The notes beneath the pieces were generated by a model that saw nothing but the letters and a program-made list of their open reading frames with translations, ran no database searches and had not been told where the DNA came from. DNA of 34,417 nt from Kiritimatiellia bacterium (lineage in GTDB: Bacteria > Verrucomicrobiota > Kiritimatiellia > B70-G9): assembly GCA_012961745.1 (NCBI GenBank), contig DTYT01000358.1:1-34417 (forward strand). The letters run 5' to 3'. This document shows positions 24,243 through 34,199 of the stretch, piece by piece. The position numbers were made by a program, and so were the translations under genes. The stretch's first letter is position 1, and every line of letters starts with the position of its first letter.

Positions 24243-26399
24243 ATGAGGCCGATTGCGGCGGCTTTACTTCTGGCGCTGTGCGGTTGCTCGGTCCTGGGTG
24301 GAGGCCGGCCCTCACCTGCCAATCATATGTCACCCCCCCGCCGTCCCCTGGTTTCACGGCAGATGCGTTTTGCCGATGCACTCGCGACCTTCGCAGTTGG
24401 ACTGATCGCCGACATAGCGGATGACCCAGATGCGGTCCTCACCAACTGTCTGCGCCTTATCGCACTGGACCCCGACAGCGATGCCACCTATCTTCGAGCT
24501 TCGCTCGCCTATTTGGAAAAAGGAGAGTCCGACAAGGCGATCAAGATCCTGGAACGGCTGAAGAGGCGCAAGCGCCGCGACCCTCTGCCGTATATCTATT
24601 TGGCCATAGTCTACGAGACCATGGGACGGAATGATCAAGCCACACTCTGCTACCGGAGGGCGATCAAGCTCGGCTCAGATGACCCGGTTCCCTATCAGCG
24701 CCTGGCCTCAGGCTATACCTCCAAGAACGATTTCGAACGTGCCGCAGCCGTACTCGAAAAGGGAGTGCGAATCGTCCGGGATCCCTCTGTTCTGCTGGCC
24801 GCCCTGGCCGATGTTCATCTCTTGCGAGCCGACCGGGCACCCTCGGAGGCCGCGAAGTTGCAGGCTCTGGCGGATGCCGCCCCTATTGTGGAGAAGCTCG
24901 CCCAAGAGGCCTCAGCGGACAACACCACCTCGCTCTGGATCCTTGCCGGAATATATGCCGACCTGCACCATTACCGGAAGGTCGTGCAAACTCTCGCGCG
25001 TGTAGGATCCGTGGTGAATGATGAACTGCTGGCCACGACCTCGATAGCCTACTGGGTGACCACCCGAGACGACTGGCAAGATATCGTTGCCGCAGTGGAG
25101 AAAGAGGTGTCCTCTGACCCTACCAATCACGACTTGCGGCTCTGGCTGGCAGGGATCTTCCGTAATAAGGGAGAAACCACAAAGGCCGTTGCTCTATATC
25201 GCGCCCTGCTGAAGGAGCCTGATCCCCCACGGACGGCCTATATTGACCTGGCTAGGATTTTGTTGGAGCGCGGTGAGGAAGAAGCTCGGCAAGTCATCGA
25301 GGAAGGTCTTCAGCGTTTTCCGGATGATGCTGACTTGCACAACATTTATGCCTATTTCCTCTTCTCACAGAAGCTGTACCGCGATGCCCTACCCGTATAT
25401 GAAGCCGCTGAAAAGCGACTCCTGGACCAATCCCGCCAGCCTAATACTGCTTTCCATGTCAACTATGCCTTGGCCGCCCTCAACGCCGGTAGTATCGAGG
25501 TGGCCGCTCGTCAACTGGCCAAAGCCATAGAGATGAACCCGCAGGCACTTTCGGCCTTCTCCAAAAGCCTCGCTGATCTGCCGGAGGAAACAATCCGCCA
25601 TGCAATTGCAGTGTTGACTTCCGCATCGGCTGAGTCCGATCTGCGGGGAACGCTGCTATTCCTGGCGGCTTTCCTGCAGATACGGCTCCACGATTTCCAA
25701 CAGGCCTATCAAACTTTTCAAAAATTGATGCCTATTCTCACCTCACAGGAAACGCGCAAGAACCTGCAGGAATCGGGGGTACTGGACGACCTGTACTTCT
25801 ATTACGGAATGGTTGCTGAACGAACCGGCCGGTTCGACGAAGCGGCGCAGCATTTCGAACGCTGCATTGAAATCAAGCCGGATGCGGCCGAGGCGTTGAA
25901 CTACCTCGCGTACATGTGGGCTGAACTTGGAACCAACTTGACTAAGGCCCAGAAATATGTGCAGCGGGCGCTCAGCAAGGATCCCGAGAATCCTGCCTAT
26001 ATCGACACCCTGGGATGGATTTACTATATGCGCGGCGACTATTCCAATGCACTGCGAGAAATCCAACGCGCATACGATCGGCTGCCGCGCGATCCAACGA
26101 TCACTGAACACCTGGGGGATGTACATGCCCGTCTTGATAATAAGAAAGAAGCACTCAAGTACTGGATTAAGGCCCTGAAACAACAACCGGATAACCCCAA
26201 ATTGCGCCACAAGCTGGAAGAAATGGGACTGATTCCCGACTCTCTCGTCTCCGAAGAATCACAGCCTATCCTTCCAGAAGCCCTGACTGGCCACAGCCCG
26301 GACAGTAGCAATCCTCCCCAGGATGAGAACCGCGGCTCCCCTCCGGAACCCTGTGCTGCCCCCTCGTCTGAAAAAACGGATCCCCGCAGTACTTTTTAG
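24243..26399 (+). CDS. TPR-repeat lipoprotein
   Basis: MRPIAAALLLALCGCSVLGG is a lipoprotein signal peptide. More than 12 TPR-like repeats follow (e.g. AEALNYLAYMWAELGTNLTKAQKYVQRALSKDPENPAYIDTLGWIYYMRGDY), then a Pro/Ser-rich tail. The track's 24051 start overlaps the bS22-like ORF and is rejected. Confidence 0.8.
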   Translation: MRPIAAALLLALCGCSVLGGGRPSPANHMSPPRRPLVSRQMRFADALATFAVGLIADIADDPDAVLTNCLRLIALDPDSDATYLRASLAYLEKGESDKAIKILERLKRRKRRDPLPYIYLAIVYETMGRNDQATLCYRRAIKLGSDDPVPYQRLASGYTSKNDFERAAAVLEKGVRIVRDPSVLLAALADVHLLRADRAPSEAAKLQALADAAPIVEKLAQEASADNTTSLWILAGIYADLHHYRKVVQTLARVGSVVNDELLATTSIAYWVTTRDDWQDIVAAVEKEVSSDPTNHDLRLWLAGIFRNKGETTKAVALYRALLKEPDPPRTAYIDLARILLERGEEEARQVIEEGLQRFPDDADLHNIYAYFLFSQKLYRDALPVYEAAEKRLLDQSRQPNTAFHVNYALAALNAGSIEVAARQLAKAIEMNPQALSAFSKSLADLPEETIRHAIAVLTSASAESDLRGTLLFLAAFLQIRLHDFQQAYQTFQKLMPILTSQETRKNLQESGVLDDLYFYYGMVAERTGRFDEAAQHFERCIEIKPDAAEALNYLAYMWAELGTNLTKAQKYVQRALSKDPENPAYIDTLGWIYYMRGDYSNALREIQRAYDRLPRDPTITEHLGDVHARLDNKKEALKYWIKALKQQPDNPKLRHKLEEMGLIPDSLVSEESQPILPEALTGHSPDSSNPPQDENRGSPPEPCAAPSSEKTDPRSTF

Positions 26400-26440
26400 T
26401 TCGCTACCAGTAGGTTCCGACCGGTCGGTCGACATGTGGA

Positions 26441-26470
26441 CCGCTGCCCGATGACAGCGGTGTTTCTTTC
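26441..26470 (+). terminator. intrinsic terminator after the TPR gene
   Basis: CCGCTG-cccgatga-CAGCGG stem-loop (26441-26460), followed by TGTTTCTTTC. It lies between convergent genes (TPR +, fmt -). Confidence 0.55.
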
Positions 26471-26501
26471 CCTTGCGGTATTTCGTTCCCCCAATCAGAA
26501 T

Positions 26502-27458
26502 TCATTCCCAACGATCGCCGGTTGCGACGTCGTGCCCCAAGACATATTCGTATCCGGTCATAACGCGTCGGCCTGCCGGCTGCACCTTCAATAACCTCAC
26601 CGCCCCCCCCATGGCGGCTATCGCCGGACCATCTCGATTAATGTCCACCACCTCCCCGGGTATTCCCGAAAAGGGGACCACGCGTGCGGACCGCACGTGC
26701 AACAGGGGTCCATCGCGACCTTCGGGAAAACAGTAACATCCCGGCCAAGGTTGAAACCCCCGTATCCGGTTGCGGATCTCCATAGCCGGGCGCCGCCAGT
26801 CTATCTTCCCATGCTCCTTGCTCAGTTTCGGGGCAAACGTCGCTTGGGAATGATCCTGCGGGACCGCGGTCACCCTACCGCGGAGGAAGTCGTTCAGAAC
26901 TCCCACAATAGCCTCCGCCCCCTGATTTGCCAGCTTTTCCGTCAGCGATACCGCGTCATCATCATCATCTATCGGCATCCGCTCCTGCAGAATGATATCT
27001 CCGGCATCCATCTCAGGTGTCACGAACAGGATACTGATACCGGTTTCCTTCTCACCATTTGCAAGTGCCCACTGCACCGGAGCAGCCCCGCGATATCTGG
27101 GTAGCAGGGAAGGATGAACATTGATCGTACCGAGGCGAGGCAATTCTACAACGACCGGCGGAAGATAGGAACCGTAGTCAGCGACTACTCCTAGATCAGG
27201 AGCCATCCGACGCAGGTGTTTTTCCTCGTCGCGCGGAGAGCGGGGTGTATGCATTTCAATACCCGCTGCGGTGGCAAACTCTTTCACCGGGCATGCCCGA
27301 AGCTTGCGGCGCCTACCGGCAGGTTTATCGGGCTTGGATACCACCGCAACCAGCTCGACTACCTTGCACTTCAGGATCGATTCCAGCACCGCCCTTCCAA
27401 GCAGGCCGGACCCCCAGAAGACCACACGCAGCCGGTCTGTCTCCCTATATTGTGTCAT
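26502..27458 (-). CDS. fmt: methionyl-tRNA formyltransferase
   Basis: LRVVFWGSG, VVSKPDKPAGRRRKL, INVHPSLLPRYRGAAPVQWAL and the C-terminal Fmt domain are present. I prefer the start at MTQYRETD (ATG 27458). Confidence 0.92.
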   Translation of the reverse strand: MTQYRETDRLRVVFWGSGLLGRAVLESILKCKVVELVAVVSKPDKPAGRRRKLRACPVKEFATAAGIEMHTPRSPRDEEKHLRRMAPDLGVVADYGSYLPPVVVELPRLGTINVHPSLLPRYRGAAPVQWALANGEKETGISILFVTPEMDAGDIILQERMPIDDDDDAVSLTEKLANQGAEAIVGVLNDFLRGRVTAVPQDHSQATFAPKLSKEHGKIDWRRPAMEIRNRIRGFQPWPGCYCFPEGRDGPLLHVRSARVVPFSGIPGEVVDINRDGPAIAAMGGAVRLLKVQPAGRRVMTGYEYVLGHDVATGDRWE

Positions 27459-27492
27459 GATATCCTTTGCTAGTCGGTCCCACTGAAGTACA

Positions 27493-28731
27493 ATGCTCGT
27501 TATAGGAGCTTTGCGACCAATAATGCGGCTCACTCGGATAGAAGACAAGGCCTATGCCGCCTTCGAAAAAGTGCGCGCGAGCGGACTCGCAGCACCGAAG
27601 ATGATCGTCTTCGGCTCGCACAAGTTGCTGGAGGTGGGCGAACTCGCCTATCCGTTCGCGGGGCGCGGCAAGGCGCTGGTGCTCATGGGGGGACGATCGG
27701 CCCGTCACTTCGGCGGCTTCGACCGACTGGCTACTATCCTCGACCGCTACCGCATTGCGGTGGAGGTCTTCGAGGGGATCAGTCGCGAGCCAACCATCGA
27801 GATCGTTAACCGCGCTGCCGAACAGGCTAGAAGGCTGCGCCCGGACGCAGTAATCAGCCTTGGCGGCGGAAGCGTAATTGACACTGGGAAGGCCGTGGCT
27901 GCCTTGGCGGTCAACCCCGGATCCGTCGAGGACTATCTCGAGGGCGTGGGACGGGGTTTCACTATTTCGCAATCACCGCTTCCCCATATCGCCATACCCA
28001 CTACGGCGGGCACCGGAAGTGAAATGACCAAGAATGCCGTTATCTGCTCCCCCGAGGCAGGGTACAAGAAAAGTATGCGTGATGAGCGTATGATTCCCAC
28101 CGCCGCACTCATTGATCCTGAATTGAGCATCACGGTTCCCCCGCATGTCACTGCTTTCGGAGGCATGGATGCGCTGACTCACCTTATCGAGTCATGCATT
28201 ACCACCAAACGGCGCGCTGAAGTCAGCGACCTCGCGCTCGAAGCACTGCGCAATTTGCAGTTGGGACTATCGGTCGCTTATGAGGATCCCGGAAACCTCC
28301 CGGCGCGAGAAAGAATGTCATACATCAGCGCCGTCAGCGGAGTATGCCTGGCCAATGCGGGGCTTGCCATGGCTCATGGCATCGCTGCGGCGCTTGGGGC
28401 CCTCTACGATGTACCCCACGGGCTCGCGTGTGCCGCACTGCTTCCCCACTCACTTCGTTATAATGCGGTAGCGTGCAGGGAAGAATTGGGGGAGGCGCTG
28501 GCCGCGTTTCTGAATCAATCTGCTCCCGAGGAAAGCAGTATAGACGAAGGGTTGGCTGCGATTGAGAGCCTTGCGCGTTGGCTCCAGATTCCCACCGATC
28601 TGAAGTTCCTAAATCTCAAAGAAGACGACCTTCGGAGGCTGGCCCACGCCTCCATGGGCAGCAGCATGTCGACCAATCCGGTGCCCATGACCGCCGAAAA
28701 GGTCTTGGAGTTCTTGAAGTTGATCGCTTGA
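27493..28731 (+). CDS. iron-containing (group III) alcohol dehydrogenase family protein
   Basis: GGGSVIDTGKAVA, PTTAGTGSEMT and the His cluster MDALTHLIE ... AHGIAAALG..YDVPHG match the Fe-ADH family. The start may be ATG 27493 or the in-frame ATG 27523. Confidence 0.85.
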   Translation: MLVIGALRPIMRLTRIEDKAYAAFEKVRASGLAAPKMIVFGSHKLLEVGELAYPFAGRGKALVLMGGRSARHFGGFDRLATILDRYRIAVEVFEGISREPTIEIVNRAAEQARRLRPDAVISLGGGSVIDTGKAVAALAVNPGSVEDYLEGVGRGFTISQSPLPHIAIPTTAGTGSEMTKNAVICSPEAGYKKSMRDERMIPTAALIDPELSITVPPHVTAFGGMDALTHLIESCITTKRRAEVSDLALEALRNLQLGLSVAYEDPGNLPARERMSYISAVSGVCLANAGLAMAHGIAAALGALYDVPHGLACAALLPHSLRYNAVACREELGEALAAFLNQSAPEESSIDEGLAAIESLARWLQIPTDLKFLNLKEDDLRRLAHASMGSSMSTNPVPMTAEKVLEFLKLIA

Positions 28732-28742
28732 CTGCCATGAAG

Positions 28743-28780
28743 CCGGGGTAACCGCGCCTCGTACCCCGGGGCCCGCGGGC
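28743..28780. terminator. tandem GC-rich hairpins between convergent genes (possible factor-independent or bidirectional terminator)
   Basis: Perfect 8-bp stem CCGGGGTA-(11 nt)-TACCCCGG (28743-28769), immediately followed by the palindrome GCCCGCGGGC (28771-28780). There is no clear U tract. Confidence 0.35.
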
Positions 28781-28848
28781 AGACGTAGTTCATTTATCGA
28801 AAATCCCCGGGAGCCGATCCGGCCCCCGTCCGCACAACCCCACCGAAA

Positions 28849-30420
28849 TCAGCGGCTCTCAGGGGGGACCGCCCGGAAAAGCTCTTCGCCCGTGTCCGCA
28901 TTCTGGATGATAAAGCTTTCCATGTGGCATGCAGGATTAGCCACAAAGCTGAGATTGGCACCGTATCTTTCCTGCAGGCTTAGAAGGATGTCCTCGTCCT
29001 GACGCCGCATTCTATCGAGTACGCCCGGATGGACTGTTATTCTGAGGTTGCATGCCTGACCGCTCTTCAGAATGGCATTCACTCTCCTCTGCACCTCTAT
29101 GCTCATAGTAAGCGGATTCTTCACTTTTCCCCGTCCGTGACAGTATGGACAGTCACAGGAAGTAACCCGATGGATACTTTCTTCGGCCCGCTGCCGGGTC
29201 ATTTCGAGCAGTCCCAAGGGCGAGATAGGCATCAGGTTAGTACGTGCCCTATCCTGCTGCATCGCTTTCTTCAAAGCCCGGAAAACCGCACGCTGGTTCT
29301 TGGACTGACGCATGTCAATAAAATCAACAACCACCAAGCCTCCGATATTACGGAGCCTAAGCTGCCTCGCGATCTCTTCCACGGCCTCCAAGTTAACTGT
29401 CAGCATCACGTCCTCCGCGGGGCTCGATGACTTGTGTCTGCCCGTATTGACATCTATCGCCACCAGGGCCTCGGTTTCATCGACAGTGATATAGCCACCC
29501 GACTTGAGCCATACCCGCCGCCGAAAGGCATGTTCGAGTTGACGTTCTACATCGAAATGCTCGAAGATGGGAACAGGGCCGTCGTAGAGCTGAATGCGGT
29601 TTCTGAGACGCCGGGAGATACGGCCCTTCTTCGCCCTGAGCCGCTCGAACACTTCCCGCGAATCGACAATAATACGGGAAACATCCTCGGTCAGCGAATC
29701 CCGCACCACGCGTTCCGCCAAATCAGGTTCCTGATAAAGAAGGCAGGGGGCGGGTTGACTCCTGATCTTCTCTTCGACCTCTTCCCAGATATCGATGAGA
29801 TTTGCAAGATCCCGGACAAAACTGGTCTTGCGAACGCCCTCCGCCGCAGTGCGCGCAATAATTCCGATCCCCTTCCGCGCGGGTAGGCGAGCAATGATCT
29901 TCTTCAAGCGCTCCCGCTCCTTAGTATCCTCGATTTTGCGGGAAACCCCCTTCAAATTGCTTCCCGGCATAATCACCAGGTACCGGCCAGGTATACTCAG
30001 ATTTGCCGTCACGCGCGGCCCCTTGGTCCCGATCACATCCTTCGTGACCTGAACCACAATCTCCGATCCTACGGGAAACCGCTTAGCTATCTCGCCCGCG
30101 GAACGCCGCTTCCGCCGTAGTTGTGGAGGTCCCCCGCCCTCATCGGCCTCCAGCAATCTGGCGGCATCCTCCGGTATCATATCCCAGTAGTGGATGAACG
30201 CGTTCTTCTTAAGACCGATATCCACAAACGCCGCCTGGAGGCCATCGTCGAGATTCTGGATGCGGCCCTTGAAGATACTCCCCACCAGGCGGGCCTCAGT
30301 AGGGCGCTCTATGAAAAAATGTTCCAGTCGTCCGTCCTCGAGAATGGCCGCCCGCGACTCGAGTGGTTCGATATTGATAATCACATCCCTGCGCAGCTTA
30401 CTCTTTCTTGTCAACAACAT
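28849..30420 (-). CDS. rng: ribonuclease G/E family endoribonuclease (Rne/Rng)
   Basis: It has an S1 domain (GSIFKGRIQNLDDGLQAAFVDIG), the catalytic core (ITVDETEALVAIDVNTG, GGLVVVDFIDM) and a Zn-link CPYCHGRG. I prefer the start at MLLTRK (ATG 30420), preceded by AAGGAGGAGG. It lies downstream of the mre/mrd genes, as in many bacteria. Confidence 0.9.
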   Translation of the reverse strand: MLLTRKSKLRRDVIINIEPLESRAAILEDGRLEHFFIERPTEARLVGSIFKGRIQNLDDGLQAAFVDIGLKKNAFIHYWDMIPEDAARLLEADEGGGPPQLRRKRRSAGEIAKRFPVGSEIVVQVTKDVIGTKGPRVTANLSIPGRYLVIMPGSNLKGVSRKIEDTKERERLKKIIARLPARKGIGIIARTAAEGVRKTSFVRDLANLIDIWEEVEEKIRSQPAPCLLYQEPDLAERVVRDSLTEDVSRIIVDSREVFERLRAKKGRISRRLRNRIQLYDGPVPIFEHFDVERQLEHAFRRRVWLKSGGYITVDETEALVAIDVNTGRHKSSSPAEDVMLTVNLEAVEEIARQLRLRNIGGLVVVDFIDMRQSKNQRAVFRALKKAMQQDRARTNLMPISPLGLLEMTRQRAEESIHRVTSCDCPYCHGRGKVKNPLTMSIEVQRRVNAILKSGQACNLRITVHPGVLDRMRRQDEDILLSLQERYGANLSFVANPACHMESFIIQNADTGEELFRAVPPESR

Positions 30421-30442
30421 TCTTCCTCCTCCTTGTTCAGCC

Positions 30443-31564
30443 CTAAATTCGCACAGAAAAAACACGCACGCTCTGCACCATGCCCAGACCCGCCATTAAC
30501 GCCACTGTTACACTACCACCGTAGCTAACCAGGGGTAGCGGCAGCCCGGTTATCGGAAACAAACCGACCGTCATACCGACGTTCACAAAGACGTGAAAGA
30601 ACAGCAGCACCGCCACGCCTACGCACAACAATTTTCCGGAGACCGTGCGGGCCGACAAGGCCGTCCGCAAGCAGGCGCTCAATATCACCAGGTAGAGTGC
30701 CAGTATCGCGGCCGATCCGACAAAGCCGGCCTCCTCCGCGATGACCGAAAAGATAAAATCCGTCGGCGCCACGCTTCGGGGTAGAAAGCCGAGAATGTTC
30801 TGGGTTCCTTTGAGGAACCCCTTTCCCCAAAGGCCCCCCGAGCCAACCGCAATTTCCGACTGGATCTTGTTCCAGCCGGCTCCCAAGGGGTCCTTGCCCG
30901 GATCCAGAAAAAAGAGAATGCGGTTCTTCTGATATTCATCCAGTGCCAGCCATCCCAACGGAGCAAACAATAGACCCAGAATACACAAGAAAACGAGAAC
31001 CCGGCCAGGCACGCCCCCAACATACAGCAGAACCAGCAGCAGGGGTATCAACGCTGCAGCGGTCCCGAGATCGGGCTGCCGGAAAATCAGAGAAAAGGGC
31101 AAAGCGGTGATAAGAGCGGCGGTCAGTACAATCCGCCATCCGGTAACTCGCCGCGCACCAGAACCCAAGTATTTCGCAAGAACCACCACCAAAGCGATCT
31201 TGGCCAGCTCAGCAGGCTGGACGCATACACCCAGAATACACAGCCAGCGTTGAGCCCCGCGAACCGAAACACCTGCCACGATCGCCAGCAGAAGAAGCCC
31301 GACAGCCAAAGCGTACCAGGCCCAAGCCCCTCTCAGGATACGGCGGTAATCCGTCATGCCCACCAGTACGCATACCAGCAATCCTAACCCATCCCACACC
31401 AATTGCTTCCGGTAATAAGGGGCGACACGCAAAGGATCCCCATGAAAAGATGCGCTGTATATGAAACAGATCCCAACCCCCATCAGCGCTACGGCTGCGG
31501 CCATAATCATCCAATCGAAACGGCGCAGTCGAGTCCATCCTGTCGCCGACGAGCGCCTCGTCAT
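30443..31564 (-). CDS. rodA: peptidoglycan glycosyltransferase RodA (SEDS family, FtsW/RodA/SpoVE)
   Basis: It has about 10 TM helices and conserved QPAELAKI, DLGTA, DFIFSVIAEE.GF and PLPLVSYGGS motifs. Start ATG 31564 overlaps the mrdA stop (ATGA at 31561-31564). Confidence 0.9.
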   Translation of the reverse strand: MTRRSSATGWTRLRRFDWMIMAAAVALMGVGICFIYSASFHGDPLRVAPYYRKQLVWDGLGLLVCVLVGMTDYRRILRGAWAWYALAVGLLLLAIVAGVSVRGAQRWLCILGVCVQPAELAKIALVVVLAKYLGSGARRVTGWRIVLTAALITALPFSLIFRQPDLGTAAALIPLLLVLLYVGGVPGRVLVFLCILGLLFAPLGWLALDEYQKNRILFFLDPGKDPLGAGWNKIQSEIAVGSGGLWGKGFLKGTQNILGFLPRSVAPTDFIFSVIAEEAGFVGSAAILALYLVILSACLRTALSARTVSGKLLCVGVAVLLFFHVFVNVGMTVGLFPITGLPLPLVSYGGSVTVALMAGLGMVQSVRVFSVRI

Positions 31565-33381
31565 TCCGCGGCCTCCAACTCGAAACACGTCTTGAGGATC
31601 TCCCTGACGACCGGCGCGGCATCCTGCCCACCACTGTGTCCCTCGTCTATCACGACGGAGACTGCGTACCGGGGGCCTTCCAGCGGAGCAAATGCGATCA
31701 TCCAACAGTATTTCTTTCGGTCATTCTCCGGACCGTATTGGGCCGTGCCCGTTTTGCCAGCAATCCGATATCCCGGCAGAGCCGCGAGGCGCCCGGTACC
31801 ATCGCGCGTCCCGACGACTTCCGCCATTCCTTCCTTTACCACCGCCAAAGCACGCGTCCGCCAGTCCAAACTGGTAGTCTCTCCGCCTCCGCGGGGTGAT
31901 TCCCAAACGCCGTCTCGTATTATCCGTCCGACCACGTGAGGCCGTACAACGCGGCCCCCGTTAGCCAAGGCCGCCGCAACTACGGCCATCTGCAGCGGAG
32001 TAACCACGATAGCCCCTTGCCCAATCGCCAGATTGCACGTGTCGCCGTCGGACCAGCCGCGCCCGAAGTGGCGGCGGTGCCACTCGCGGTCTGGGACCAG
32101 CCCCGCAAGCTCGTAGTCCAAATCAATCCCTGTCCGTCGCCCAAGCCCCACCTCCTTCGCCAAGCGCCAGATAGCCTCGGGTCCGCAACGAAGCGCAAGT
32201 CTGAAGAAATAGACGTTACACGAATACCGCAGCGCAGTTACCATGTTGAGCCGCCCATGGCCTTTCCGATACCAGCAACGGAAGCGGCGGTCTCCCAAAT
32301 CGAGATAACCCGGACACGTGAACTCCGTCTCACGGCCGGCTACGCCACTTGACAGGGCGGCCAGTGCTACGAGCGGTTTGATCGTACTGCCCGGAACGTA
32401 AGCGCCCGCAATGGCGCGGTTCAACAACGGTCTGCGCGGATCCTCGAGCAGCGTATTCCAGTCAGCAGACGCAATCGCGGGGATAAACAGATTCGGCTCG
32501 AAGCCCGGCGAACTTACCAGCGCCAGGATACGCCCATCCCGCGGGCTTAGAACCACCGCCGCACCAGACTTGTCTCCCAGCGCATCAAACACGGCCTGCT
32601 GAACACGTACGTCCAACGTCAGCCACAAGTCCACCCCGTCTTTGGCCGGCTTGGCGACCAGATCCCGATAGCGGAATCCCGAAGCATCCACCAACACAAC
32701 TTTCCCCCCAGCCTCGCCCCGAAGCAACGAATCATAAGCTTTCTCGATTCCCCGTCGTCCCTCGTATTCCGGCCAGTAGTAGTCGAAATTTCTGCCGGAC
32801 GGCGTCACGGACGCCCTTCCCACGTAGCCTACCACATGGCAGAACAGCGGCCCGAAGGGATAGCAACGCACTGAATCCACATAGAGCTCCACGCCGGGAA
32901 TGTTGCTCGCGAGTTCTGCCCACCGGGCCAGAGCCACATCATCAAGATCCCGCCACACAATCAGTGGCAGCGGCAGGCGACGGCGGATATGCCTGCTTAT
33001 GTCCTTCCGCGAGATCCTGCGGGGCAGGCCCAGCATGTCGGCTAGCCTGTCCAGCAGGCTGTCCACATACTCAACTGTACGAGACCACGGCCCTCGCTGG
33101 CGCAGTTCCTCAAAGTGTATCGCGATGCAATAACTGGGGCGGTTGTCCGCTAGCACTGTGCCACGGCAGTCGAAAATCCTGCCCCGTCGGCCCGGTAGAC
33201 GTACCCTGCGCGTGCTCTGCCGGACGAGACGCTGCCGATAGCGTTCGCCACGAGCGACCTGCATCCGCCAGAGAACAATGCCCAGGAAAAAAAACCCGAC
33301 AAGCATTCCTATCCAAACCAACCTTATGCGGAACCGCATGGATACCGATCTCGGCTCCGCTCTCTCAATGCGCTCCAGCAT
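31561..33381 (-). CDS. mrdA: penicillin-binding protein 2 (elongasome transpeptidase)
   Basis: It has an N-terminal TM anchor, a PBP dimerisation domain, and the transpeptidase motifs STIKP (SxxK), SCN (SxN) and KTGTA (KTG). Confidence 0.92.
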   Translation of the reverse strand: MLERIERAEPRSVSMRFRIRLVWIGMLVGFFFLGIVLWRMQVARGERYRQRLVRQSTRRVRLPGRRGRIFDCRGTVLADNRPSYCIAIHFEELRQRGPWSRTVEYVDSLLDRLADMLGLPRRISRKDISRHIRRRLPLPLIVWRDLDDVALARWAELASNIPGVELYVDSVRCYPFGPLFCHVVGYVGRASVTPSGRNFDYYWPEYEGRRGIEKAYDSLLRGEAGGKVVLVDASGFRYRDLVAKPAKDGVDLWLTLDVRVQQAVFDALGDKSGAAVVLSPRDGRILALVSSPGFEPNLFIPAIASADWNTLLEDPRRPLLNRAIAGAYVPGSTIKPLVALAALSSGVAGRETEFTCPGYLDLGDRRFRCWYRKGHGRLNMVTALRYSCNVYFFRLALRCGPEAIWRLAKEVGLGRRTGIDLDYELAGLVPDREWHRRHFGRGWSDGDTCNLAIGQGAIVVTPLQMAVVAAALANGGRVVRPHVVGRIIRDGVWESPRGGGETTSLDWRTRALAVVKEGMAEVVGTRDGTGRLAALPGYRIAGKTGTAQYGPENDRKKYCWMIAFAPLEGPRYAVSVVIDEGHSGGQDAAPVVREILKTCFELEAAE

Positions 33382-33868
33382 GACTCCCTACCATGCGGTC
33401 AAGATGCCCTCCCACCCAAAATGTCACCGGCGTGGTCACCGCTGCCGCAATCGACATACCGGTAATCACCCGAATGAGCGTCGTGAGTGACGGCATCACA
33501 CCCCGCGCCATGTACGCCACCGCCCCGCTGAAACCGAAGACCGCCCCGAGTACACCACCCAAGACCGCTTGGGTGATCAAATGACTCGCATACAGCACCG
33601 GCCGGATACGTTCAAGAACCACCCCCATCAAGCCGAAAATCGCTATCGAGAATCCGAGGGGCGTAAAGGAAATGCTATCCTGTACAATCCCCACTACCAC
33701 GATTTCGGCTGCCATGATCCAGCTTCGTCTTGTGAGGGCACAGTACGCACTCAGTGAGAGCAGAAAGGGAGGTGAAATCCATCCACCAAGCAACCGCACA
33801 CCCCCGATTCCCTCCGCCGCTGCACAGAGCAGCAAAAGCGGCCCAAAAACGATGACCTCATTGCCCAC
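33365..33868 (-). CDS. mreD: rod shape-determining protein MreD
   Basis: Small polytopic membrane protein (~5 TM) located between mreC and mrdA. I prefer GTG 33868 (GGAGGA 5 nt upstream) over the track's GTG 33883. Confidence 0.75.
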   Translation of the reverse strand: MGNEVIVFGPLLLLCAAAEGIGGVRLLGGWISPPFLLSLSAYCALTRRSWIMAAEIVVVGIVQDSISFTPLGFSIAIFGLMGVVLERIRPVLYASHLITQAVLGGVLGAVFGFSGAVAYMARGVMPSLTTLIRVITGMSIAAAVTTPVTFWVGGHLDRMVGSHAGAH

Positions 33869-34199
33869 CGGTGATCCTCCCACTCGGCGTCCGTTCTACT
33901 ATCAAGACATGCGTTAGGGCATCCAGGTTCGCCGCAGGCGCCACCGCTACCCGCTGGTAAAGCCCCCCCTCCGCCTCCGTGACCTGCTCCACGTACCCGA
34001 TGAGTAAACCGCGAGGCAACACGCCACCCAAGCCGGAGGTGATTACCTCGTCACCCGTTGCGATCTCAGCCTCACGATGCACAAATTCCATTTCACACAC
34101 GGCGCCGATCTCGGACGGAAGCCCCGTACCCCGGACTATGCCGTAGGCCTCAGTCTTCGGTACTACCGCAGGAATATACGCAGACGGGTCAAGTGCTGC
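33858..34199 (-). CDS. mreC: rod shape-determining protein MreC, C-terminal ~113 codons only; the N-terminal half is missing or out of frame
   Basis: Frame translation gives LDPSAYIPAVVPKTEAYGIVRGTG...EFVHREAEIATGDEVITSGLGGVLPRGLLIGYVEQV, the conserved second beta-barrel of MreC (GD.V.TSG.GG.P.G..IG). The only in-frame start codon is GTG 34100. Upstream of ~34200 the frame reads Pro/Arg-rich nonsense, contains no start codon and hits a stop at 34341-34343. Confidence 0.65.
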   Translation of the reverse strand, partial: AALDPSAYIPAVVPKTEAYGIVRGTGLPSEIGAVCEMEFVHREAEIATGDEVITSGLGGVLPRGLLIGYVEQVTEAEGGLYQRVAVAPAANLDALTHVLIVERTPSGRITGGQ